Below are positions 56,508-64,000 of a stretch of 64,000 bases of DNA, one piece after another. Numbering within the stretch: position 1 is the stretch's first letter; each line of letters opens with the position of its first letter. The notes beneath the pieces were generated by a model. That model was not told the DNA's origin. It made no database searches and was given only the letters and a program-made list of their open reading frames with translations. The stretch lies in assembly GCA_016839275.1 (NCBI GenBank), contig JAEOUM010000064.1, forward strand, positions 6,470-70,469, read 5' to 3'. The position numbers and the translations under genes were made by a program. Origin of the DNA: Candidatus Thorarchaeota archaeon. GTDB lineage: Archaea > Asgardarchaeota > Thorarchaeia > Thorarchaeales > Thorarchaeaceae.

Positions 56508-56616
56508 TGGCGGGCTCGGCGGGATTTGAACCCGCGGCCCTTTCCCGAGTCAAGAGAAGAACCTCTTGCTCATCAGGTTAAAAGCCTGCTGCGCTACCTA
56601 GCTGCGCCACGAGCCC
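56508..56616 (-). tRNA. tRNA-Lys (UUU) with a roughly 32-nt intron at a non-canonical position (3' of the anticodon stem); CCA encoded
   Basis: The minus strand reads GGGCTCG-TG-GCGC-AGCTAGGTA-GCGC-A-GCAGG-CTTTTAA-CCTGA-[37 nt]-GCGGG-TTCAAAT-CCCGC-CGAGCCC-G-CCA. The 37 nt comprise a ~32-nt intron containing the hairpin CAAGAG-GTTCTT-CTCTTG, plus about 5 nt of variable loop. Confidence 0.75.
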
Positions 56617-57039
56617 CTGATGTCTAGGCGGTTCCCAATTGTTCACCTTCGGTGACCTCTGCATGACAACGAGTACGATGAATGTAACTTATAGCCATAC
56701 ATGAGTGGGAAGCAGTTCTGCCTGAGCAAAGGACGGGAAATTTTGTAACCATAAAAGGGTTCCGATAAAACACATAAATGGCATAACATCTAGGGGCGGT
56801 CTGGCGATGTGCGCCACTTTACCATATGCTTCGGACAGTAATAAACTTACTCTGTCGCCAGTTCATTGTTTTTACTTGTAATGAAAAATGATGATTGAGA
56901 GAAGACACAAGGTGTTTCTATTATTTAGACGTTTCAGGATTTATGACAAGGACATGAGAAACCAAAGTGGTCATGAAATTGAACTGAACCGCTCCGACAA
57001 CTTTAATAGAAAATCGACTGTCGAGCGGTCGTCAAAGGT

Positions 57040-57146
57040 GCCCCTGTAGTGTAGTTCGGCCTAGCATTCAAGACTGTCAATCCAAGCGGATTGGCGCTTG
57101 AAGCAGACCTCTTGAGACCCGGGTTCGAATCCCGGCGGGGGCGCCA
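57040..57146 (+). tRNA. tRNA-Asp (GUC) with a 29-nt intron at the canonical 37/38 position; CCA encoded
   Basis: Acceptor GCCCCTG/CGGGGGC, anticodon stem CAAGA...TCTTG, loop CTGTCA|intron 57080-57108|C, T arm CCGGG-TTCGAAT-CCCGG. The intron hairpin is CAAGCG-GATTGG-CGCTTG. A TATA-like CTTTAATAGAAA lies about 30 nt upstream. Confidence 0.85.
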
Positions 57147-57156
57147 CTACTTTTCA

Positions 57157-57384
57157 TCACTTATCAGTTACTGAACAAGAAGCACGTAGAAAAATGATAC
57201 AAAGAATGATGACAACAAGGGGCACTATGAGAATGCTATAAGATGACTGGAGAATTATATAGCTAGATAGAAGTGACACAACAATAACCAAGATACCAAC
57301 AGCCCAGCGAAGATTGTCAACCTGTTTTTCGAGCTTTTCAAGCCGATCTGTATTAGTTATTTCCTCACGTGATTCATCTGACAA
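57157..57384 (-). CDS. Small hypothetical membrane protein
   Basis: 75 aa with an acidic coiled N-terminus and then two hydrophobic segments. Confidence 0.4.
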   Translation of the reverse strand: MSDESREEITNTDRLEKLEKQVDNLRWAVGILVIVVSLLSSYIILQSSYSILIVPLVVIILCIIFLRASCSVTDK

Positions 57385-57504
57385 TCAATAACCCACCAAT
57401 ACCCGATGAATCATGTATTTCCTTCTATCTTAATACGTGTTGTGTCATTAAATTCAGTCCCACATCGTGATTAAGATAAGGAAATAGTACGTACCTAGTA
57501 GATT

Positions 57505-57969
57505 ATGCGGACCTGTATCGAGATGTTGGTAAATCATAATATTACTTGCAGAGAACCAATTCTGAAAACCCTAGAAAATTTGACATCTGAAGACTTGACT
57601 AAAGACTTGGGAATTGGAAAGAGTTCAATCAGGGACATTCTCATACATCTTATGAATGCTGAGAATTATTGGATATCATTGCTTAGTAATGCAAAGTTTG
57701 AACATCTTGATCCAAGGGACTTCACTGGTATCTCTAACATCAGAACAGCTTGGTGTGAAATAGAGAATAGGACGACAGATTTTATCAAGAACTTGCAGGA
57801 AAATGAACTTCTTCATGTCAAGAGTGTAATATGGAAAAAAGGAACGATGAGCTTTACAGTTGGAAAAGCATTGATACATATGGCAACACATGAAACCCAT
57901 CACAGAGGATTGATTATTGGTCTTATTAGGAAGCTAGGGTTTGAGCCACCGGACGTGAACATGTTATAG
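57505..57969 (+). CDS. DinB-family (four-helix bundle, metal-binding) protein
   Basis: His triad pattern: ILIHLMNAENYW ... MATHETHHRG. Confidence 0.7.
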   Translation: MRTCIEMLVNHNITCREPILKTLENLTSEDLTKDLGIGKSSIRDILIHLMNAENYWISLLSNAKFEHLDPRDFTGISNIRTAWCEIENRTTDFIKNLQENELLHVKSVIWKKGTMSFTVGKALIHMATHETHHRGLIIGLIRKLGFEPPDVNML

Positions 57970-57972
57970 GAG

Positions 57973-58980
57973 TTGTACACAATGACCGATTTCTTGGATT
58001 CATGCTATGAGGCAATAAAAGTACAGGAGAAATCCATTGCAAATACATTGGAAAATGTGTTTGTTAATCCTGAGATTGAACTAGAAACAAAACGATGTGT
58101 GATTTTTGTGGGTGCTGGTGATTCCTATGCAGTTGCTGACTATGGAAAATGGGCTTTTCTTAGTACTGGGGTGAACGCATACTCCATCTCACCAACAGAG
58201 ATTGTGTATATTCCATTGGACTCTGAGTGTATTGTAATTGGTGTGACTGCATCAGGTCGAAGCCTTTCAACTATCGATGCAATAAGTAGAGCTAAGCGAA
58301 AAGGAGCCAAAACTATTGTGCTAACAGATAATCCCAAGGGAAGAGCTGCTGAAGAGGCGACAGAGGTTTGGAGTACAAGAGCAGGTGTAGATTCGTATAA
58401 TGTAAGTCCAGCATCTCCGACTACCACGGCAATGGCATATCTTCTCAAGATTGCTTCTGGATTAGATAGTCAGATTCAAGATGATTTACAATATGATCTT
58501 GATATTCTATCAGGAAACAGTAGAAAAATTGTAGAGTGGGCTGAAAAGGAAGGCATCACTATTTCTAACATGATATCTCCAAGAAATCCTTTGTATATGA
58601 TTTCTGATGGACCAAACTATGTTGCAGCCCAGATTGGTATGATGAAGTTCGATGAGTTCTCAATAATAAAAGGAATAGCAGCTCTTCGGGAGGAGTTCTG
58701 TCATCATCATAACCTGTCAATCAAAGATGGAGAACAAGTTGTCCTGATATCGATGGATCCTATCACTCCAAGCGATGAGCAATATTTGGGTATTCTATCT
58801 GACATCTTGAACATGCAAACGTATCATCTTCATAATAATCTGGGAATGAGAACACCCCTTGCGCAGACAATTCCAAACACTATCGCATTACAGATGGCTG
58901 CACATTTTACAGTACGAAGATTCAACCCTGAGATGAGCGGGTTCAAGATGCCTCATGCAAAAGCATTCAAGATTTATTGA
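57973..58980 (+). CDS. Double SIS-domain sugar-phosphate isomerase/aminotransferase-like protein
   Basis: FVGAGDSY and GVTASGRSLSTIDAISRAK SIS motifs, plus a second SIS-like half. ATG 57982 is a possible start. Confidence 0.75.
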   Translation: MYTMTDFLDSCYEAIKVQEKSIANTLENVFVNPEIELETKRCVIFVGAGDSYAVADYGKWAFLSTGVNAYSISPTEIVYIPLDSECIVIGVTASGRSLSTIDAISRAKRKGAKTIVLTDNPKGRAAEEATEVWSTRAGVDSYNVSPASPTTTAMAYLLKIASGLDSQIQDDLQYDLDILSGNSRKIVEWAEKEGITISNMISPRNPLYMISDGPNYVAAQIGMMKFDEFSIIKGIAALREEFCHHHNLSIKDGEQVVLISMDPITPSDEQYLGILSDILNMQTYHLHNNLGMRTPLAQTIPNTIALQMAAHFTVRRFNPEMSGFKMPHAKAFKIY

Positions 58981-59008
58981 TTTCCTACTTGCAGGGGAAG
59001 ATGTATCA

Positions 59009-59992
59009 ATGCCTAAGCAATCAAGAGTGCCTGTGACGAAGCTAATAGAGTTACTACAGGAGAGCAACACTCCAGATGAGCGTAGGACTATTGTGGAGTA
59101 TATTCAAAACCACTCAGATGAGTTTGTGAACGTTCTTGAAACTTCCTTCTCGAAAGATACTCTTTTGAAAGGACGCCTTCTTAATCTTGTGGATCTTTTG
59201 AACAGTACTTTGATGATTCGGGTCATTGAGAAGGCTGTCATGGATGATGACACACATATTAGGATAAAGGGACTGCAAGCTGCTTATAGAACCAGAGTTG
59301 ACACAGTGAACGCGCATGTCGAGAAGATTCTGGCAAGTTCAGAAGAAGAGTTCGAGGCACGGAAATGGGCTTTGCACATCCTCGGTAGCACCGATCCTAA
59401 GTACTACAGCCGACAGATTATGAAAATAGCTCGTGATGCCTCTGAGGACATAAGGTTGCGAAAAGAGGCAGTGTTCGCTCTCACGAAAATTGTTAATGAT
59501 AAGACACTTGGAACTCTCTGTACACTCTTGGGCGAACCAAGTACAGAGATGCGACAAGCTGGAGCTTGGGCACTTAGTAATATAGGAGCCCCAGAATCTA
59601 TCATTTGCCTGTTGGCTGCCTTGGATGATGAAGATGATAACGTCAGAGATTGGGCGATACGCGGACTTCGAGATATGGATGATGCTCGAGCATTACAAGG
59701 GCTTGCTGATGCAATTCATTCTAGCTCCCCGAAGGAACAGGTCAGAATGGTTCGGCTAGTGATTGAAAGACGCTCAGAAGTCATTTTGAGGGCTATCGTC
59801 GAACTACTAGATTCTCAAGATGTCGATGTCAAACGCACGGCAGCTTGGGCACTGAGTGTGTCACCATACCCGCCAGCTGTTCCAAGCCTCAAGATTCTGC
59901 TCGATGACCATGATGAGCAGACTAGAAACTATGCAAAGGTTGCACTAATCAGGAGTGGAGGTCTTGATCCAACTGACTTGAAATTGGACTAG
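59009..59992 (+). CDS. HEAT/PBS-lyase-type repeat protein
   Basis: Repeated ~31-aa units (D..VR..A..AL..IG.P.....L...L.D), e.g. DDNVRDWAIRGLRDMDDARALQGLADAI. Start taken at ATG 59009. Confidence 0.75.
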   Translation: MPKQSRVPVTKLIELLQESNTPDERRTIVEYIQNHSDEFVNVLETSFSKDTLLKGRLLNLVDLLNSTLMIRVIEKAVMDDDTHIRIKGLQAAYRTRVDTVNAHVEKILASSEEEFEARKWALHILGSTDPKYYSRQIMKIARDASEDIRLRKEAVFALTKIVNDKTLGTLCTLLGEPSTEMRQAGAWALSNIGAPESIICLLAALDDEDDNVRDWAIRGLRDMDDARALQGLADAIHSSSPKEQVRMVRLVIERRSEVILRAIVELLDSQDVDVKRTAAWALSVSPYPPAVPSLKILLDDHDEQTRNYAKVALIRSGGLDPTDLKLD

Positions 59993-59993
59993 A

Positions 59994-60761
59994 CTACATC
60001 ATTCCTTTGAACAATCCACCATCTACGAGTAAGAGCGCACCATGTATGTAGCTTGCAAGTGGACTCAGTAAGAAGGTGCACACATTTCCAAACTCATCTG
60101 TTGTTCCCATGCGTCCCAGAGGGATTCTCTGCACAATCTCCTTGTCTGCAGGAGCGCCTTTTGCTTTTGCGGCAGCCATGAGTTGTTCAACACGTTCAGT
60201 ATGAATGTATCCAGGACATACTGCATTCAGTCGGATACCCTTTGGTCCGATTTCCTCGGATAATGTACGCATCATCCCAATTACGACAGGACGAAGTGAA
60301 TTAGACAACAGAAGATTGTCGAGGGGTTGCTTAACAGAAATCGATGTGCTATAGAGGATTGATGCAGCATCAGACTTCTTCAAGAGTGGAATCGCCTCCC
60401 TTGTTAGACGAATCGCACTCATAACAGTGAGATTAAATCCCTTAATCCAATCATCATCAGAGATTTCATCAAATGTTCCGGGATTTGGTCCTCCTGCATT
60501 TACAAAAAGACCATCCAACTTGGAAGTCTGCGCCTTTGTGAAATCCAATAATGCAGTTACATCTGCAGGGTGTGATACATCTGAAACAAAATACTGACAT
60601 TTATCCCCAAGGGAAGCTGTAGCATCCTGCAAGGATTTCTCATTTCTTCCGCAGATTATAACGTTGGCGTCCTCTTCGACAAGAGCCTTAGCCACACCGA
60701 AACCAAGACCTCGAGAAGCGGCAGTGACCAAGAAATTTCTACCATCGAGCTGAAGATTCAT
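59994..60761 (-). CDS. Short-chain dehydrogenase/reductase (SDR)
   Basis: Rossmann VTAASRGLGFGVAKAL, NAGG, a C-terminal PGYIHT and LASYIHGALLLVDGG. Confidence 0.85.
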   Translation of the reverse strand: MNLQLDGRNFLVTAASRGLGFGVAKALVEEDANVIICGRNEKSLQDATASLGDKCQYFVSDVSHPADVTALLDFTKAQTSKLDGLFVNAGGPNPGTFDEISDDDWIKGFNLTVMSAIRLTREAIPLLKKSDAASILYSTSISVKQPLDNLLLSNSLRPVVIGMMRTLSEEIGPKGIRLNAVCPGYIHTERVEQLMAAAKAKGAPADKEIVQRIPLGRMGTTDEFGNVCTFLLSPLASYIHGALLLVDGGLFKGMM

Positions 60762-60811
60762 AATTTAGTACTATATGACAAGGAACTGATAAGGAACACG
60801 AATGTGCCAAG

Positions 60812-61114
60812 CTACATAGCTTCAGGTGTAGCAGGATGCTCTGTTCGAGCACCAAATATGATTTCCAGATGTAGAAACGCTGAACTCAGACGCTGGAAAT
60901 CTTTTGGAACTTTGAAAGCACCAATTCCTGTAGTGTTAAGCGCTCTATCAATCTTTGTCGTTGTCAAGCGTCGATTATCCTTTGAATTGAAAGCTAGTAG
61001 AATCCTAGTTTCATCGGGGTCTGGCATTCTATATACAGACGAACATTTGATACCACTGTTGGATAAGACTTGCTTTATCTTTGCCTCTAAGTCTTTCATC
61101 ACATGATACACCAA
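60812..61114 (-). CDS. Hypothetical 100-aa protein (chosen over its mirror-image + strand ORF)
   Basis: The minus-strand product has balanced, alpha/beta-like composition. The + strand alternative is Ser/Arg-rich. I recognise no family. Confidence 0.35.
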   Translation of the reverse strand: MVYHVMKDLEAKIKQVLSNSGIKCSSVYRMPDPDETRILLAFNSKDNRRLTTTKIDRALNTTGIGAFKVPKDFQRLSSAFLHLEIIFGARTEHPATPEAM

Positions 61115-61296
61115 TTATTCGTACTGTCTGGGGTACTAAAGCACCTGTATTAACTGGGTATTACTCTTGAAGCGCGCCAATCAAGTATCAGTGATATCTC
61201 ATTCACTCAAGCATACTGAGTGTACATCTTAATACTTGCGTTCATCCTTCTTTTGATAAGAATCTGACAGGGAAGGTTGTTGGAGATTTAGAGAGT

Positions 61297-62289
61297 GTGA
61301 AACAAGTGGACAAAGAAGGATATCGTAAATATTTGACAGATCGAGAGAATCCCATTCCTGAGGAGGAAATTGTCGAAACTACAAGAATAGTCGAAAAATT
61401 CGAGAAGTTTTTGGAGCGATTTAGGAAGAGTCTTGAGAATGCCTCTGATGTAGAGGTCAATAAGTTCTCCAAAATGTTGATTGATGAGGGATTGAATACC
61501 TACACTAGCTATGTCGCGCTAAGCAGGTATGGCTTTTTCATCAAGAACATGGATCTATATCTTGCTGTTCTGGAACTTCTGGATGGGGCAGAAGTGATGA
61601 ATGTGCTCAATGAACGTCTAGGTGAGCATTTTGGTGAAACAAAACGTGATGAGATCCTCCCAAAAGACGACTTGCCTCCGTTGGGATTACCATCAAAAGA
61701 GAAGGTAGATGTAACACGTGAAGTCTTGAAGAAAATGAGTAAGGTCTTGACCTTTGAAGAGTGCAAAAAAGCACTAGCTGATGTTGCTCATGGATTGCCT
61801 CGAAACTTCAGAAAAGGGGAACGGGAGAAGTACCTGAAAGCAGGCAGTATTGATGAATATTTACGTGAAAAAAGGAAAAATGCTATTGCAGAACTAGAAA
61901 AACATAGAGATGATGGGACCATATTCTTTAATCAATACATCACTGATGATGTTGTCAAATTTGTGAAGAGCCGTCCTGATGTATTAAGTGGTGAGAGAAG
62001 AGGTAACACTATCTACCACACAAAGATCCCGTACATGGTCCAAGAATATCTTGATGCAACTGATGAAAGGATGAAGAGATACTATGCATGCCACTGTGCA
62101 TGGGCAAGAGAGTCTATCCTTAAGGATGATGAAGTGTCATCTGAGTTTTGCCACTGTAGTGCTGGATTCACAAAACAGCCTTGGGAAGCAGCACTTGATC
62201 AGCCCTTGGAAGTTGAGATGGAAAAATCTGTGCTCAAAGGAGATCTGGAATGCGGCTTCAAAATCTATCTACCTGATGATGTGGTGTGA
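61297..62289 (+). CDS. Hypothetical protein with a C-terminal Cys/His cluster
   Basis: 330 aa, helical and Lys/Glu-rich for the first ~250 aa. This is followed by YYACHCAWARE...FCHCSAGF...LECGF. GTG start. Confidence 0.5.
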   Translation: MKQVDKEGYRKYLTDRENPIPEEEIVETTRIVEKFEKFLERFRKSLENASDVEVNKFSKMLIDEGLNTYTSYVALSRYGFFIKNMDLYLAVLELLDGAEVMNVLNERLGEHFGETKRDEILPKDDLPPLGLPSKEKVDVTREVLKKMSKVLTFEECKKALADVAHGLPRNFRKGEREKYLKAGSIDEYLREKRKNAIAELEKHRDDGTIFFNQYITDDVVKFVKSRPDVLSGERRGNTIYHTKIPYMVQEYLDATDERMKRYYACHCAWARESILKDDEVSSEFCHCSAGFTKQPWEAALDQPLEVEMEKSVLKGDLECGFKIYLPDDVV

Positions 62290-62353
62290 GCCAAAGGCAT
62301 AGTGTATTTCAAAACAAATCAGTCTTGGTAACATAAGTGTTGGAAAGAGTGGA

Positions 62354-63544
62354 TTACTTTACCGCTTTTGCAAATGCCCGACCAAATTCGAATGCACCCT
62401 TGAGCTCCTCATCGGTTGGAACCCATTTGACTGTGAACGGTTCAATCACAATCTCCATCTTTCCACGTTCCATTGATTCTTGGATTCTTTTTACTGCTCC
62501 ACCACCCCACCCATAGGATCCAAAAGCAGCAGCCTTCTTTCCCTTGGGTTTGAGAACTTCAAAATCCGACAAGATTGGTGCCAGAGTGGGCAAAATATCA
62601 TTATGAAGTGTAGAACTTCCAACTAGTATCCCTTTTGCCTCTAGTAACTCACCCATGATGTCACTTCTATCACTATGAGGAATTAACATGACTAGGGGTG
62701 TGATACCCTCACTATCTACTCCTTCTGCAATGGCACGGGCCAGTTTTGTTGTACTTTGCCACATTGTATCCCAAGCAATGACAATTTTGTCTGAAGTTCT
62801 CTCACCTTTTGCCCAGGCGAGATACCTCGTTACAATTTCTAGGGGATTCTTTCTCCAAATCAGACCATGAGAGGGAGCAATTACTTTGATAGGGAGTCCG
62901 AGCTTGACCACTTCTTCAATCTTCCTCTGTACCATGGAACTTAATGGCCATAGGATGTTGGCATAATACTTCTCAGCTTCTTTCCAGAGTATATTCTGGT
63001 CCACTTCGTCAGCAAAACGTTTCTCAGTGGCATAGTGCTGCCCAAATGCATCATTTGGCAAAAGCACTTCTTTTTCCACATAGTACGTGAACATTGATTC
63101 AGGCCAATGTAGCATTGGAGCCTCGTAAAACCTCAGAGTCTTTCCTCCTAGGTCTATCTCATCCCCAGTCTTTACTGTTTGAATGTCCCAGCCATTAGCA
63201 TAATGTTTCTTGAGTTCATCCACAGCCTTAGGAGTGCAAACAAGTTTCGCTTTTTTCATGACCTTCAAGACTTCTGGTACTGCTCCAGAGTGGTCCATCT
63301 CAGTGTGGTTTGAGATCATGTAGTCGATATTTGCGGGATCGGTGATTTCTGATATTCTCGAAAACATCTCCTCTGAGAAAGAACCTAAGACTCCATCCAC
63401 GAGGGCTATCTTCTCTCCAATTACCAAGTATGCATTGTATGTAGTACCATGATGAGTAGTATAGCTGTATCCATGGAAATGTCGCACATTGTAGTCGATT
63501 GCGCCAACCCAGTAGACATCTTTAACAACTTCAATTGGTTTCAA
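62354..63544 (-). CDS. fprA: Flavodiiron protein (FprA-type O2/NO reductase)
   Basis: N-terminal metallo-beta-lactamase-like domain with HTEMDHSG diiron ligands. C-terminal flavodoxin domain (AAAFGSYGWGGGA). Confidence 0.9.
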   Translation of the reverse strand: MKPIEVVKDVYWVGAIDYNVRHFHGYSYTTHHGTTYNAYLVIGEKIALVDGVLGSFSEEMFSRISEITDPANIDYMISNHTEMDHSGAVPEVLKVMKKAKLVCTPKAVDELKKHYANGWDIQTVKTGDEIDLGGKTLRFYEAPMLHWPESMFTYYVEKEVLLPNDAFGQHYATEKRFADEVDQNILWKEAEKYYANILWPLSSMVQRKIEEVVKLGLPIKVIAPSHGLIWRKNPLEIVTRYLAWAKGERTSDKIVIAWDTMWQSTTKLARAIAEGVDSEGITPLVMLIPHSDRSDIMGELLEAKGILVGSSTLHNDILPTLAPILSDFEVLKPKGKKAAAFGSYGWGGGAVKRIQESMERGKMEIVIEPFTVKWVPTDEELKGAFEFGRAFAKAVK

Positions 63545-64000
63545 GTTTTACTCCTCGGGTGATTAACAATAGTATATTATCTATTAAGGTAGACGGTTTG
63601 GCATTTGAGAGATGTTAAAGTCTTCCTCCTTTTCATAGAAAGGAGGACAATGGTCAAGATTACTAATAATGCACATCTTTGAAAATGCTTTTGCATTCAC
63701 TTAATAGATGCCCAAGTTTATTAGGATACTTGAGAGTATAAAATCGCACAAAGTGAGAATGGAAGAAACAGTTTAGCAATAGATGTACTATAGCCAGACC
63801 CTTTTTGGGGTATTTGAGTGTCTGTTTTTCAAAAATCACAGATTCAGTCTGTACGATATATGTTCTCATATTAGCAGGATATTGAAAATGGAAAACATGA
63901 AAATCAATTCTAAAAATGAATACAAGAGAAACCGTGTGATAAATGGAAATGAACCTCATAAAATGATGGAAATGGAATACCAAAAGGCATTGGAAAAACT

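Noticed and set aside
56888-57049. 53-aa + strand ORF (MMIERRHKVF...)
   Set aside because: It runs into the 5' end of tRNA-Asp and across its TATA-like box. It has an Arg/Lys-rich random-looking sequence.
60804-61106. 100-aa + strand ORF mirroring the 60812-61114 minus-strand ORF
   Set aside because: Only one of the two can be real. The + strand product is Ser/Arg/Cys-rich and looks like a shadow ORF. The choice of the minus strand is itself low confidence.
63663-63983. 106-aa minus-strand ORF
   Set aside because: It has His/Phe-rich repetitive composition that reflects the AT-rich DNA repeats, and no start context.

Overview
The window reads as a core chromosomal segment of an archaeon. 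About 65 protein genes are tightly packed on both strands, along with 4 tRNAs and 1 SRP RNA. I saw no CRISPR array, transposase, integrase or prophage signal.

The backbone is information processing:
- Translation factors and RNP components: aIF2-alpha and Nop10, aIF5B, EF-1alpha.
- Replication and repair: topoisomerase IA, XPD, RadB, PolD large subunit, RPA, Lhr helicase.
- Two ribosomal/RNAP clusters: rpoD-L18e-L13-S9-rpoN-S2 and rpoB-rpoA'-rpoA''-L30e-NusA-S12-S7.
- An L7Ae-S28e-L24e operon.

Interleaved with these are:
- Archaeal lipid and isoprenoid genes: CDP-archaeol synthase, G1P dehydrogenase, and a complete archaeal-type mevalonate operon (MVK, UbiD-like decarboxylase, AcnX-type dehydratase large and small subunits).
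- C1/folate genes: gcvT, gcvH, DHPS, MptE-like HPPK.
- Redox genes: SufS-type desulfurase, hemerythrin, flavodoxin, flavodiiron protein.

Several genes have a eukaryote-like flavour: an STT3-type AglB, a small OSTC/DC2/OST3-like membrane protein, an Arf-like small GTPase and Elf1. Together these suggest an Asgard-type lineage. This is inference from protein motifs recalled from memory, not a database result.

The observations most worth follow-up are features the >=60-aa ORF track cannot show:
- Nop10.
- A 314-nt SRP RNA masked by a spurious ORF.
- A C/D-type K-turn over the L7Ae ribosome-binding site.
- Intron-bearing tRNAs, two of them with non-canonical intron positions. All four tRNAs have an encoded CCA.
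- A strongly signalled operon of two paralogous 29- and 33-aa basic peptides.
- A minus-strand-specific helix in the rpoB leader.

Gene boundaries are taken from the ORF track. Where sequence context supported it, I moved the start to an internal codon.
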